Shown in pieces: positions 1 through 9,953 of a stretch of 64,000 nt of DNA. The DNA comes from an uncultured Alphaproteobacteria bacterium (lineage in GTDB: Bacteria; Pseudomonadota; Alphaproteobacteria; Rhizobiales; Xanthobacteraceae): positions 70,753 to 134,752 of the forward strand of contig CAWJZD010000003.1 of NCBI GenBank assembly GCA_963847325.1, written 5' to 3'. Both the position numbers and the translations under genes were made by a program. Below the pieces are notes generated by a model. It searched no databases and was not told the origin of the DNA. It saw only the letters and a list, made by a program, of their open reading frames with translations. Within the stretch, counting starts at the first letter, position 1. Each line of letters begins with the position of its first letter.

Positions 1-374
1 ACCGAAATGCTCTTCGCCGCGATCAGAGCGCGGGTATTGTCGTCCATGACCGCCCCGCCACCGGTCGCCAGCACCTGGGGGCCAGTTTCGAGCAGCCGCG
101 CAATCACGCGCGCCTCGCCTTTGCGGAACTCCGGCTCGCCATGCCGTGCGAAAATGTCGGCGATGGTCATGCCGGCCGCCGCCTCGATCTCGGCGTCGGC
201 ATCGACAAACGGCACACCAAGGCGTGCCGACAGCCTGCGGCCGACCGAGGACTTCCCGGCACCCATCATGCCGACCAGAACGATCGAGCGAGCGCCGAGC
301 GCAGCGACAATCTGCGCTTCCAGCGCGCCCTGCGCGGCTTTTTGCACGGCAATATCGGTCACAAGCGATTCCAT
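1..374 (-). CDS. aroK: Shikimate kinase (5' part; runs off the window edge)
   Basis: Not in the ORF track. Manual minus-strand translation gives [12 protein letters not shown]...[35 protein letters not shown]...FRKGE...VLATGGG, with Walker A, DxD and GGG motifs of shikimate kinase. An alternative in-frame ATG lies at 386. Confidence 0.93.
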   Translation of the reverse strand, partial: MESLVTDIAVQKAAQGALEAQIVAALGARSIVLVGMMGAGKSSVGRRLSARLGVPFVDADAEIEAAAGMTIADIFARHGEPEFRKGEARVIARLLETGPQVLATGGGAVMDDNTRALIAAKSIS

Positions 375-503
375 CAAACTGGCCATTCATATAGCACGCG
401 AGGGTGCAAAACTTGCCAAGTGGCTGAAAGACTGGCTCGTACACGCTTTCTTTGTGTCTTTTTACGACTCTCGTAACGACGTGCCGCCGCAGGCCTTGCG
501 ATC

Positions 504-650
504 ATGCCGAGTCTTTTCCGATTTCTTGTCATCGTCGCCGTTCTCGGCGGGCTCAGCTATGCGGCGGTCTACGTGCTGGCGAATTTTATCGAGCTCAAGC
601 CGCGCGAGATCACGGTGACGATCCCGCCTGACCGGTTTCTCAAGCGATGA
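504..650 (+). CDS. Small (48 aa) single-TM membrane protein coupled to xerD
   Basis: Manual translation [48 protein letters not shown]. Its stop overlaps the xerD start (ATGA, 647-650). It is below the ORF-track length cutoff. Confidence 0.75.
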   Translation: MPSLFRFLVIVAVLGGLSYAAVYVLANFIELKPREITVTIPPDRFLKR

Positions 651-1582
651 GCCGCACACCAAAGCAGAACGGCCAGGTCGGATTGTTTCTCGACATGCTC
701 GCTGCGGAGCGTGGCGCGTCAGTGAATACCCTCTCGGCTTACACGCGCGATCTCGATGCTCTGCTCGCGCATTTGAAAGCAGCGGGTCGCGACCTCTCGA
801 ATGCGACGACCGACGATCTGCGCGACTATCTGGCGTCGTTGAGCGAGAACGGCTTCAAAGCGTCGTCGGTGGCGCGCCGGCTTTCGGCGACCCGGCAGCT
901 ATTCAAATTTCTCTACGCCGAGAATCATCGCAGCGATGACCCTGCGGCGGTGCTCGAAGGGCCCAAGCGAGGGCGCACGCTGCCGAAGGTGCTCTCCATC
1001 AAGGACGTCGAGCGCCTGCTCGATGCGGCGCGCGCGGGCATGAACGATAAGTCCGCCAAGCCTGCGCAGCGGCTACGTGCCGCGCGCATGTCGTGTTTGC
1101 TCGAGACGCTGTACGCCACCGGCCTCCGTGTCTCCGAGCTGATCACGCTGCCGGCGACGGCAGCGCGCACCAAACAAGCGATGCTGGTGATCCGCGGCAA
1201 AGGCGGCAAGGAGCGGCTGGTGCCGCTCAACGACACCGCGCGACGCGCGATGGCCGACTATCTCAAGCTCGCCGGCAAGTCAGAAACGAAATGGCTGTTT
1301 CCGTCGTTCGGCGAGAGCGGGCACATGACGCGCCAGCATTTCGCGCGCGAGCTGAAAACACTCGCCGCATCATGCGGCATCGCGTCTGCAAAGATCAGCC
1401 CGCATGTCCTGCGGCACGCCTTTGCCAGTCATCTGCTGCACAATGGCGCCGATCTCCGCGTCGTGCAGACGCTGCTCGGCCATGCCGATATCTCGACGAC
1501 ACAGATTTATACGCACGTGCTGGAAGACCGGCTGAAGAGCCTGGTCCGCGATCTGCATCCGCTCGCCGACGCTAAGGCGTGA
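647..1582 (+). CDS. xerD: Site-specific tyrosine recombinase XerD
   Basis: [60 protein letters not shown]. The aroK-xerD-accA neighbourhood is typical of Hyphomicrobiales. Confidence 0.95.
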   Translation: MSRTPKQNGQVGLFLDMLAAERGASVNTLSAYTRDLDALLAHLKAAGRDLSNATTDDLRDYLASLSENGFKASSVARRLSATRQLFKFLYAENHRSDDPAAVLEGPKRGRTLPKVLSIKDVERLLDAARAGMNDKSAKPAQRLRAARMSCLLETLYATGLRVSELITLPATAARTKQAMLVIRGKGGKERLVPLNDTARRAMADYLKLAGKSETKWLFPSFGESGHMTRQHFARELKTLAASCGIASAKISPHVLRHAFASHLLHNGADLRVVQTLLGHADISTTQIYTHVLEDRLKSLVRDLHPLADAKA

Positions 1583-1883
1583 CGACCTTCAGTCCGGCAA
1601 TGCCGGCGACGATCAATCCGATGCACAGCAGCCGGACTGCGTCGGCGGATTCGCCGAAGGCGAGAATTCCGACCAGAACCGTGCCGACCGCACCGATGCC
1701 GGTCCAAACGGCGTAGGCGGTGCCGAGTGGCAGATCCCGCATTGCCACATAAAGCAGCGCGACACTGATCACCATCGCGACAATGGTTGCCGCAAGGATC
1801 AGGGGACGGCCGTTTGCGGCCTTGAGCCCCACCGCCCAGCCGATCTCAAACAACCCCGCCGCCACTAGAGTCAGCCATGCCAT
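1572..1883 (-). CDS. gdx: SMR-family guanidinium exporter Gdx (SugE)
   Basis: 103 aa with 4 hydrophobic helices, [21 protein letters not shown] (conserved Glu13) and [13 protein letters not shown]. Preceded by a guanidine-II riboswitch. Confidence 0.9.
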   Translation of the reverse strand: MAWLTLVAAGLFEIGWAVGLKAANGRPLILAATIVAMVISVALLYVAMRDLPLGTAYAVWTGIGAVGTVLVGILAFGESADAVRLLCIGLIVAGIAGLKVVTP

Positions 1884-1906
1884 GACACCGCCTCCTTCGA
1901 AGGTGA

Positions 1907-1956
1907 CGGGGTCGTCCCCGAGCGAACTTTTTAGGGAAATGCAGGGCCGTCCCTGC
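1907..1956 (-). ncRNA. Guanidine-II (mini-ykkC) riboswitch
   Basis: Minus strand reads GCAGGG-ACGG-CCCTGC, a 20-nt linker, then CGGGG-ACGA-CCCCG, followed by GAAGGAGG and the gdx ATG. These are two GC-rich hairpins capped by ACGR tetraloops. Confidence 0.9.
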
Positions 1957-2074
1957 GTTACCCGATATGGGGCGCTTGTTCCGTCCCGGCAAGGTTGACT
2001 CGAAAGATTGGCGGTGGCCAGTTCGAACCGGATTTCGAATACAAATTTAACTTTGGACGTACATTAGTCCCGAA

Positions 2075-3028
2075 ATGCGCACTTACCTCGATTTCGAGAA
2101 ACCGGTCGCCGAGCTTGAGGCGAAGGCGGACGAATTACGCGGGACCGAGAGCAGCGACGCTGCTTCTGTCAGCGACGAGATTTCGCGCCTCGAGGTGAAG
2201 GCCGCGCTCACGCTCAAAGAGCTCTACGAGACGCTCACGCCCTGGCAGAAGACGCAGGTCGCGCGCCATCCGCAGCGGCCGCACTGCCTGGATTACGTCC
2301 ACCAGTTGATCACCGATTTCGCACCGCTCGCGGGCGACCGCACGTTCGGCGAAGACGAGGCGATTGTCGGTGGCTTCGGCCGCTTCAAAGGCGAGAGCAT
2401 CTGCATCATCGGGCACGAGAAGGGCTCGGATACAGAAAGCCGGCTGCGGCACAATTTCGGCATGGCGCGCCCGGAGGGCTATCGCAAGGCCCGGCGACTG
2501 ATGGAGATGGCGGATCGCTTCTCCGTTCCTGTGATCGCGCTGGTCGATACCGCCGGCGCCTATCCGGGCATCGGCGCGGAGGAGCGCGGCCAGGCGGAAG
2601 CGATCGCCCGATGCACCGAGACCTGCCTCGTGCTCGGCGTGCCGAATGTGGCGGTCATTCTCGGCGAAGGCGGCTCGGGCGGCGCGATCGCGATCGCGAC
2701 GGCCAGCCGGGTGCTGATGCTCGAGCACGCGATCTACAGCGTGATCTCACCTGAAGGTGCCGCTTCGATCCTGTGGCGCGATACGGCAAAGGCGCAGGAG
2801 GCGGCGACCAATATGAAAATCACCGCCGAGGACATGAGGCGCTTCGGCATCATCGACGGCATCGTCCGCGAGCCGACCGGCGGGGCGCACCGCGACCCGG
2901 CCGCCGCCATCACCGCGGCCGGTGAGGCCATCCACCAGGCACTGACCCAGCTGCACAATCTTGATGCCGAAGCGGTGCGCAAACAGCGCCGCGAAAAGTT
3001 CCTCGCAATGGGCCGGAATCTGGCCTGA
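2075..3028 (+). CDS. accA: Acetyl-CoA carboxylase carboxyltransferase alpha subunit
   Basis: YLDFEKP, ARHPQRP, NFGMARPEGYRKA, DTAGAYPGIGAEERGQ, GEGGSGGA, YSVISPEG motifs. Confidence 0.97.
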   Translation: MRTYLDFEKPVAELEAKADELRGTESSDAASVSDEISRLEVKAALTLKELYETLTPWQKTQVARHPQRPHCLDYVHQLITDFAPLAGDRTFGEDEAIVGGFGRFKGESICIIGHEKGSDTESRLRHNFGMARPEGYRKARRLMEMADRFSVPVIALVDTAGAYPGIGAEERGQAEAIARCTETCLVLGVPNVAVILGEGGSGGAIAIATASRVLMLEHAIYSVISPEGAASILWRDTAKAQEAATNMKITAEDMRRFGIIDGIVREPTGGAHRDPAAAITAAGEAIHQALTQLHNLDAEAVRKQRREKFLAMGRNLA

Positions 3029-3175
3029 AGCCTTTGGAATCGGGCAAAAGTCTCGTTTACAGCGGATTTACTATTGCGCTATCGCGGCGTCTCATTCGAA
3101 CGAGCGCCTTGCGAATGCCAATATCTTTAAGGATAACCCTTTAATCAAATGAGGGCCCTCGGGGGAGTTTAGCGT

Positions 3176-4681
3176 TTGAGCCGTCGTCCCTTCTTCTCTG
3201 CCGTTCTTGCATCGGCGGCCATCTCGGCCGCGCTCGTTCTCGCAGGCTGCGACACTGACAGCGTCGCGCCGAGCGGTCGCGCCAACGCGCCCATCTCCGA
3301 CAAGATGACTGCTGAGCTTGAGTCCAAACAAATGGACAAGGGCTCGCCGGTTCTGATGCGCATCTTCAAGGAAGAAGCCGAAGCGGAAATCTGGAAACAG
3401 AATCGCAACGGCGAATTCGCGCTGCTCAAGACCTATCCGATCTGCCGCTGGTCGGGTGAGCTCGGACCCAAGGTCAAGGAAGGCGATCGCCAGGCGCCGG
3501 AGGGTTTCTATACGATCACCCCCGGCCTGATGAATCCGAATTCGAATTACTATCTCGCCTTCAACACCGGCTTCCCCAATTCATTCGATCGCGCCTGGGG
3601 CCGCACCGGCGCCCACCTGATGGTGCACGGCGATTGCTCCTCGCGCGGCTGCTACGCCATGACCGACGAGCAGATGGTCGAAATCTACGCGCTGGCGCGT
3701 GAAAGCTTCTTCGGCGGGCAGCGGTCATTCCAGTTGCAGGCCTATCCGTTCCGCATGACCGCCAAGAACATGGCGCGTCACCGCAACAGCCCGCATCTCG
3801 CCTTCTGGAAGAATCTCAAGCAGGGCTACGACCACTTCGAGGTCACCAAGCAAGAGCCGAAGGTCGACGTGTGCGAACGGCGTTATGTCTTCAACGCATC
3901 GACACCGGAAAATGCGTCGCGTCCGGTTTCTTTCAGCCCGGCGGGCAAGTGTCCTACTTATGAAGTGCCACCCGAGATCGCGCAGCTGGTCGCCGAGAGG
4001 CAAACCAAGGATCAGACCGAGGCCGCACAGCTCGCCAGCTTTGTGGCGGCGGCTCCCGTCAAGCGCGGCGTCGATGGCGGCATGAACCCGGTCTTCCTCG
4101 CGCAGATCCAGACCGCGACGACCGATAACGATGGCCGCGTGACCGGCGGCCAAGTCACGACGATCCATACGCCTGGCGCGCTGCCGCGTACGTCCAACAA
4201 TCCGCCGGCCGTGACCGTGCCGCCGCAGCCGGTTCGCGTCGCCGAGGCCGAGCCGGTAACGGTGCCATCCGCTCCTGCCGTGACCCAGTCGCGCGGCATT
4301 GCCGGACTGCTTGGCAACATGTTCGCCACCCAGAACGACAACGCGCAGCCAGTGTCGCCTGCCCCTCTGCCGCCGACACGATCGGCGTCTCGTACGGCAG
4401 TCGCGGCAGCGAAGCCCGCGCAACCGGGCCCGACCCTTGCTGCCGCGTCAGCGCAGCCGGCACCTGCGCCGATTGCAGCGCCGAGACTGCGGCCGCAGAT
4501 CAAGGAAGAAACCGCCGTGGCCGCTGCTGCGCCGAAGGCTCAGCAGCAGCAAGCACAGGCTGAACCGCAACTGCGCACTGCGTTCACCTCGCCTGCTCCG
4601 GCGCAGCCGAACCTTCTTGCCGGCGCGCAGCCGGCGTTGCCAGCCGGCTCATTCGAAAGCCGCTGGTCGGCCTTCCGCTGA
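3176..4681 (+). CDS. YkuD-family murein L,D-transpeptidase/amidase (YafK-like) lipoprotein with Pro/Ala-rich tail
   Basis: Lipobox LAGC, GPKVKEGDRQAPEGFY, catalytic HGDCSSRGC, and a low-complexity C-terminal ~170 aa. Confidence 0.88.
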   Translation: MSRRPFFSAVLASAAISAALVLAGCDTDSVAPSGRANAPISDKMTAELESKQMDKGSPVLMRIFKEEAEAEIWKQNRNGEFALLKTYPICRWSGELGPKVKEGDRQAPEGFYTITPGLMNPNSNYYLAFNTGFPNSFDRAWGRTGAHLMVHGDCSSRGCYAMTDEQMVEIYALARESFFGGQRSFQLQAYPFRMTAKNMARHRNSPHLAFWKNLKQGYDHFEVTKQEPKVDVCERRYVFNASTPENASRPVSFSPAGKCPTYEVPPEIAQLVAERQTKDQTEAAQLASFVAAAPVKRGVDGGMNPVFLAQIQTATTDNDGRVTGGQVTTIHTPGALPRTSNNPPAVTVPPQPVRVAEAEPVTVPSAPAVTQSRGIAGLLGNMFATQNDNAQPVSPAPLPPTRSASRTAVAAAKPAQPGPTLAAASAQPAPAPIAAPRLRPQIKEETAVAAAAPKAQQQQAQAEPQLRTAFTSPAPAQPNLLAGAQPALPAGSFESRWSAFR

Positions 4682-4695
4682 TCTCCTGATCTTCC

Positions 4696-4995
4696 GTGCC
4701 GAACAAGGCGAAGCCGCCATCTGAGTGCTTCGTCTATGTGCTCGGTCATTGCGCCAGGACGGCGAGCGGCAAGCTGCGCCACGTCACATATGTGGGCTGG
4801 ACCAACGACATTGCGGCGCGGCTCGCCAAGCACAATGCCGGCAAAGGCGCGCGCTCAACGCGTGGGCGAATCTGGGTGCTGCTCTATTCCGAGAAATGCG
4901 CCAGCCGCCGCCACGCCATGAGCCGCGAGTGGCATCTCAAGCGTGACCGTGCCTTTCGCAAAGGACTGACCGCTGCCCTGAAGTCAGGACTTTGA
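4696..4995 (+). CDS. GIY-YIG nuclease family protein (UPF0213/YhbQ-like)
   Basis: FVYVL...TYVGWTND...RLAKHNAGKGARSTRGR...AMSREWHLK. Confidence 0.85.
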   Translation: MPNKAKPPSECFVYVLGHCARTASGKLRHVTYVGWTNDIAARLAKHNAGKGARSTRGRIWVLLYSEKCASRRHAMSREWHLKRDRAFRKGLTAALKSGL

Positions 4996-5000
4996 CGGCT

Positions 5001-5732
5001 TCAGATGCGGTTTTGCTTGATCAGATGCAGATAGTTCGCGTTGAATTCGCCGATCTGCATCAGCTTTTTCCAATTGCGCACCATCAGCACGCCGTCGCGG
5101 AATTCGGCCGCGCCGGTGCGGCGCAGCGCCTGCAAGCCGCGGTTCGCAGTCACTACTGAGATTCCCAGCGTCTCGCCAAGCTGGATCTGACTGAGGGGCA
5201 GCGCACATGAACCCTCGGCGGCGAGGCCCGCAGCCTGCGCCCGGTAATATTGCTCGCAGAAAAAGTGCGCGATGCGCGTGCGCACCGCCCGGCTGGAATT
5301 GTTGGTAATCGCTTCACGAAAGATCGCCGCATCGATCAAGGTTTCGCGCCAAAAGGCGTAACCGATCGACAATCGCCGCTCGAACATATCGAAAATATCC
5401 TTGTGAGGCAGGAGCGCGACTTCCGCCTCGCCGACCGCACACACCGAATGGTCCATGACATCGAGAAACAGCGCCTGCGCGTCCGGCATGTCTCCCGCGA
5501 TATGGAACGACAGATATTGCCGGCCGCCGCCGGTGCGGGTGTGATAACGCGCGACCATCCCGCGCGTGACGACAACAGACACGCGAGGCTTGTCACCCTG
5601 GCGCACGACATCTTCACCGGAGGCAAGCAGCCGATTGACGAATGTCAGCTTGCGGAGCGCTTCAAGGTCGTCCCGCGATAGCGATGTGTGCTCCCTGATT
5701 TTCCGGATCAGGGTGTCGTGAACCGATGACAT
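5001..5732 (-). CDS. Crp/Fnr family transcriptional regulator
   Basis: cNMP-like N-domain and C-terminal HTH (LPLSQIQLGETLGISVVTANRGLQALR). No N-terminal Fnr cysteine cluster. Confidence 0.88.
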   Translation of the reverse strand: MSSVHDTLIRKIREHTSLSRDDLEALRKLTFVNRLLASGEDVVRQGDKPRVSVVVTRGMVARYHTRTGGGRQYLSFHIAGDMPDAQALFLDVMDHSVCAVGEAEVALLPHKDIFDMFERRLSIGYAFWRETLIDAAIFREAITNNSSRAVRTRIAHFFCEQYYRAQAAGLAAEGSCALPLSQIQLGETLGISVVTANRGLQALRRTGAAEFRDGVLMVRNWKKLMQIGEFNANYLHLIKQNRI

Positions 5733-5842
5733 GAACCGCCCTCCAGCAAGCGGCTAACGCAACGCCGCGCGTTCGGTTCGCGGTTCCGGAGCCGGCTCGG
5801 CTTGGAGCCTTAAGGGCGGTGGAATAAGGTGAAAGCGCGCGT

Positions 5843-6856
5843 GTGTGCTCTAAGTGCCAGCGGGGGAACCGCGTGAGAAGCAAGGCGGTTATTGGGTGTT
5901 GGCTTAGAACAATCGCGCTCGCCGCCTGCGCCTTCCCGGCACAGGCCCAGGACGCCGCGACCTACCCATCGAAGCCGGTGAAGATCGTCGTCAGCACACC
6001 GGCCGGCGGCGGGGTCGACACCGTGACGCGGATGGTGGCGGACGCGCTGCAGAAGAAGTTCGGGCAGCCGTTTATCGTCGAGAACCGCGGCGGGGCTGCC
6101 GGAAACATCGGGGCGGAGGCGGTTTATTCGGCGGAGCCGGACGGCTACACGCTGCTGGCTTCGCAGGCGGCGCCGGTCACGATCAACGGTCTTCTCTACA
6201 CCAGGCTCAATTTCGATCCGGCCAGGTTCGAGGCGGTCGCGGTCATGAGCTCAATTCCGAACGTACTGCTGGTACGCGCCGGCTTTCCGGCCAATTCGGT
6301 CGCGGAATTGCTCGCCTATGCGCGGGCCAACCCCGATAAGGTCAACTACGCTTCGCAGGGCATCGGCACATCCTCGCACCTGACCGCCGAGCTGTTCGAG
6401 GAGGTCACCGGCGTCAGGCTCCAGCACGTGCCGTATCGCGGCACGGCGCCGGCGCTCAACGACATCGCCGGCGGGCAAGTCGATATATTCTTTGTCGAGA
6501 TCGCGAGCGCGCTCGAGCTGCATCGGGGCGGCCGCGCCCGGGTGCTTGCGATCGCCGGGGAGGAACGGCTGCGAGAACTGCCGGACGTGCCCACTTTGGC
6601 CGAGGCGGGCGTGAAGGACGTGCTGTCACGAAGCTGGAATGCGATTACCGCGCCGCCGAAGACGCCGCGCCCCGTGATCGAAAAGCTCAACGCGGCCATC
6701 AACGAGGTGATTGCCAGCGAGCCGATCAAGAGCCGTTTCGTCACCCTTCAGCTCAAGCCGGAGCCCAATTCCCCAAGCGACGCTGCGGCTTTCATCACCC
6801 GCGAAGCGCAGAAGTGGGCCGACGTGATCCGCAAGGCGGGCGTGAAGCCGCACTAA
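5843..6856 (+). CDS. Tripartite tricarboxylate transporter substrate-binding protein (Bug/TctC family), no adjacent TctAB
   Basis: YPSKPVKIVV, PAGGGVD, VENRGGAAGNIG, PDGYTLL, HVPYRGTAPAL. The start is probably the GTG near 5873. Confidence 0.92.
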   Translation: MCSKCQRGNRVRSKAVIGCWLRTIALAACAFPAQAQDAATYPSKPVKIVVSTPAGGGVDTVTRMVADALQKKFGQPFIVENRGGAAGNIGAEAVYSAEPDGYTLLASQAAPVTINGLLYTRLNFDPARFEAVAVMSSIPNVLLVRAGFPANSVAELLAYARANPDKVNYASQGIGTSSHLTAELFEEVTGVRLQHVPYRGTAPALNDIAGGQVDIFFVEIASALELHRGGRARVLAIAGEERLRELPDVPTLAEAGVKDVLSRSWNAITAPPKTPRPVIEKLNAAINEVIASEPIKSRFVTLQLKPEPNSPSDAAAFITREAQKWADVIRKAGVKPH

Positions 6857-6985
6857 ACCAAAGACGCACAAATCATCGTCTTTACGCCCGTCAGTCCTCA
6901 GGTCATCATATGACTGAGCGGGTCGATAGCGGCCACCCAAGAGCCGCACGCCACGCAGCCTCGTCGCGTCCAGGGAGAGACCAGC

Positions 6986-7966
6986 ATGTCACGTTCCAAG
7001 GTTTTGGCTGCGCTCGGCGCCGCCATTGCGCTCACGTTCTCAGCTCCGGCTTTTGCGCAGACCACGCTCAAATGGGCGCACGTCTATGAGACGCCGGAGC
7101 CGTATCACCAGCAGGCCTTGTGGGCGGCGGAAGAAATCAAGAAACGCACCAACGGCCGTTACGCCATTCAGGTGTTCGCGGCGTCGCAGCTCGGCAACGA
7201 AAACCAGATCAACGAAGGGCTCGGCCTCGGCACGGTGGACATCATCTACACCGGCACGTCGTTCGCCGGCTCGATCCATAAGCCGCTCGCAATCTCCGGC
7301 GCGCCGTTCATGCTGCGCGACTACAGTCATTGGAAAGCCTACCGCGACAGCAAACTGTTCCGCGACATCGCCAAAGGTTACGAGGACAAGACCAAGCACA
7401 AGATCGTCGCGTTGGTTTACTACGGCCAGCGCATGGTCACCGCCAACAAGGCGATCAACAAGCCCGAAGACATGAAGGGCATGAAACTGCGCGTGCCGCC
7501 GGCGCCGCTCTATCTCATGCTGGCAAAGGCGGTCGGCGCCAACGCCACCCCGATCGCGTTTGCGGAAGTCTATCTCGCGCTCCAGCAAAAGACGGTCGAT
7601 GGCCAGGAAAATCCGCTGCCGACCATCATGGCCAAGAAGTTCTATGAAGTGCAGTCGCACATCATCCTGACCGGCCATATCGCGGAATCGCTGCTCACCA
7701 TCGTTGGCGGCCACGCCTGGTCGAAGCTCTCGGACGCCGACAAGAAAGTGTTCGAGGACGTATTGATGGAAGCCAACGCGAAGTCGAGCGAGCAGATTGC
7801 CGAAGCGGAAAAGAGCACCGCCGACGAACTGCGCAAGCTCGGCAAGACGGTCATCGTTCCCGACCGCGAGGCGTTCCGTCAGGCGGCGATCCCGCTGCAC
7901 AATGATGCCTCGGCCGGCGCCGGCTGGAGCAAGGCGGAATACGACGCGCTGCAGGCGCTCAAGTAA
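6986..7966 (+). CDS. TRAP transporter substrate-binding protein (DctP family)
   Basis: Signal peptide, SQLGNE, KGMKLRVP (conserved Arg), EVYLALQQKTVDGQENP. Confidence 0.93.
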   Translation: MSRSKVLAALGAAIALTFSAPAFAQTTLKWAHVYETPEPYHQQALWAAEEIKKRTNGRYAIQVFAASQLGNENQINEGLGLGTVDIIYTGTSFAGSIHKPLAISGAPFMLRDYSHWKAYRDSKLFRDIAKGYEDKTKHKIVALVYYGQRMVTANKAINKPEDMKGMKLRVPPAPLYLMLAKAVGANATPIAFAEVYLALQQKTVDGQENPLPTIMAKKFYEVQSHIILTGHIAESLLTIVGGHAWSKLSDADKKVFEDVLMEANAKSSEQIAEAEKSTADELRKLGKTVIVPDREAFRQAAIPLHNDASAGAGWSKAEYDALQALK

Positions 7967-7981
7967 CAGCAACCACGCATG

Positions 7982-8011
7982 GCGTCGTGCCCGGTGCGCC
8001 GGGCATGACGC
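7982..8011. repeat. REP-like GC-rich hairpin after the TRAP SBP gene
   Basis: GCGTCGTGCCCGG-TGCG-CCGGGCATGACGC inverted repeat in the SBP/permease intergenic space. Confidence 0.6.
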
Positions 8012-8032
8012 TTTCGGGGCGCGCGGGGCAGC

Positions 8033-8599
8033 ATGGCCAAAAAAGCGAAACGTAAGGCGCCGGATCCCGGCGTTCATCTGATCGTCGCCGAGGACGCCGA
8101 GGTCGTTGTCGAGCGTTATCCGGAAGACTGGCTGGCGATGCTGGTGTTCTGGTCACTCGCCTTCATCGTGTTTCTGCAGTTCTTCACCCGCTACGTCCTC
8201 AACGACAGCCTGGCCTGGACCGAAGAAATCGCGCGCTACGGCTTGATGTGGGTGACGTTCATCGGCGGCGCGATGGTGACCCGCCGCAAGACTCACATCG
8301 CGGTCGAGCTGCTGTCGAACCTGATGCCGGCGGGGCCCATCCGCCAGGCGCTGCTCGCATTCGTCGACATTCTCACGCTCGGCTTCCTCGCATTGCTCGC
8401 CTACTTCTCGGTGACCATCACCGAGCGCATGGCGTCCCAGCGCATGACGGTGTTCGAGCTGCCGATGAGCTACGTCTATGCCGGCGTGGCGCTCGGCTGC
8501 TGGCTGATGTTCGCCCGGCAGGCGCAGAACGTGTGGCGCAACATGCGATCGCGCTGGCGCCGCCCGCACGACATGCACAACCAAATCATTCCGGACTAG
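8033..8599 (+). CDS. TRAP transporter small permease (DctQ)
   Basis: QFFTRYVLNDSLAWTEEIARY, HIAVELL; 4 TM helices. Confidence 0.92.
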   Translation: MAKKAKRKAPDPGVHLIVAEDAEVVVERYPEDWLAMLVFWSLAFIVFLQFFTRYVLNDSLAWTEEIARYGLMWVTFIGGAMVTRRKTHIAVELLSNLMPAGPIRQALLAFVDILTLGFLALLAYFSVTITERMASQRMTVFELPMSYVYAGVALGCWLMFARQAQNVWRNMRSRWRRPHDMHNQIIPD

Positions 8600-8609
8600 G
8601 CGGGCGGCA

Positions 8610-9890
8610 ATGACGATCCTGGTCTTCGTCTTTCTCGCCATCCTGCTTGCCGGCGTGCCGGTGTTTATCGCGCTGGCCTTTTCGTCGCTGCTCTACACCC
8701 ACTTCCTCGCCGGCATTCCGGACTTCGTGATCCTGCACCGCATGGCCGGCGGCATCGACAGTTTCCCCCTGCTGGCGGTGCCGTTCTTCATCCTGGCCGG
8801 AAACCTGATGAATTCGGCCGGCATCACCAACCGCATCTACGATTTCGCGGTGGCGAGCGCGGGCTGGATGCGCGGCGGGCTCGCGCAGGTGAACATCATT
8901 GGATCGGTGATTTTCGCCGGCATGTCCGGCACCGCGATTGCCGACGCGGCCGGCCTCGGCACGATCGAAATCAAGGCGATGAAGGACCATGGCTACGACA
9001 CCGAGTTCGCGGTCGGCGTGACCGCGGCTTCGGCGACGCTCGGACCGATCATCCCGCCCTCATTGCCGTTCGTCATTTACGGGATGATGGCGAATGTCTC
9101 GATCGGGGCGCTGTTCCTCGGCGGTGTCGTGCCGGGCCTGTTCATGACTGCCTGCATGATGGGTTACGTCTATTACTGCGCGCGGCGCTATGGCATGGGC
9201 CGCGACCAGGCGTTCAGCCTGCGGGTGCTCGGCGTGACCTTCGTGGCGGCGTTCCCCGCTTTGCTCACGCCCGCGATCATCATCGGCGGCATGACCTTCG
9301 GCTGGTTCACGCCGACCGAAGCCGCCATCGCTGCCTGCGCCTGGGCGCTGATGCTCGGCGTCCTGCTCTATCGCAGCATGAGCTGGAAGCAGTTCTACAA
9401 GGTCACGATGGACACGATCGAGACCACGGCCGGCGTGCTGCTGATCGTCGGCGCGGCCTCGCTGTTCGGTTGGGTGCTGACGACGACGCGCGTCGCCGAG
9501 GCCGCGGCCGAAGCCCTGCTGACCCTGACCACCAACCGTTACATCATTCTGCTGCTGATCAACCTGCTGCTGCTGGCGATCGGTTGTTTCCTCGAGCCGA
9601 TCGCCTCGATCAGCATCCTGGTCCCGATCCTGATGCCAATCCTGGCGAAGGTCGGCATCGATCCGATTCATTTCGGCGTGGTGATGACGCTCAACCTGAT
9701 GATCGGGCTCCTGCATCCGCCGCTCGGCATGGTGCTGTTTGTGCTGATGCGGGTCGCCAAGCTCTCAATGGAGCGGGCAACCATGGCGGTGCTGCCGTGG
9801 CTTATTCCGTTGCTGGGTTCCCTCATCGCCATCACCCTCATTCCCGAGCTCACGCTGTGGCTGCCGCGGCTGGCCGGCCTGGTGAAATAG
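8610..9890 (+). CDS. TRAP transporter large permease (DctM)
   Basis: LLAVPFFILAGNLM, FAGMSGTAIAD, GPIIPPS, FTPTEAA, GIDPIHFG. Confidence 0.95.
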   Translation: MTILVFVFLAILLAGVPVFIALAFSSLLYTHFLAGIPDFVILHRMAGGIDSFPLLAVPFFILAGNLMNSAGITNRIYDFAVASAGWMRGGLAQVNIIGSVIFAGMSGTAIADAAGLGTIEIKAMKDHGYDTEFAVGVTAASATLGPIIPPSLPFVIYGMMANVSIGALFLGGVVPGLFMTACMMGYVYYCARRYGMGRDQAFSLRVLGVTFVAAFPALLTPAIIIGGMTFGWFTPTEAAIAACAWALMLGVLLYRSMSWKQFYKVTMDTIETTAGVLLIVGAASLFGWVLTTTRVAEAAAEALLTLTTNRYIILLLINLLLLAIGCFLEPIASISILVPILMPILAKVGIDPIHFGVVMTLNLMIGLLHPPLGMVLFVLMRVAKLSMERATMAVLPWLIPLLGSLIAITLIPELTLWLPRLAGLVK

Positions 9891-9953
9891 CGGCTTTACC
9901 GTCAAGCGGCGCAGGCCTAGCCTGCCGCCAATAAAAGTCCGGGAGAAAACGCC

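Noticed and set aside
647-1582. Tyrosine recombinase as a prophage or island integrase
   Set aside because: The sequence and the aroK/accA context fit housekeeping XerD. There is no adjacent tRNA, att repeat or phage gene.
3126-3144. TTAA-rich sequence upstream of the L,D-transpeptidase gene as a CtrA box
   Set aside because: The two TTAA half-sites are 10 nt apart, not the 7 nt of the CtrA consensus.
4696-4995. GIY-YIG protein as a homing endonuclease or mobile element
   Set aside because: It is a stand-alone ~99-aa UPF0213-type protein with no intron or element boundaries.
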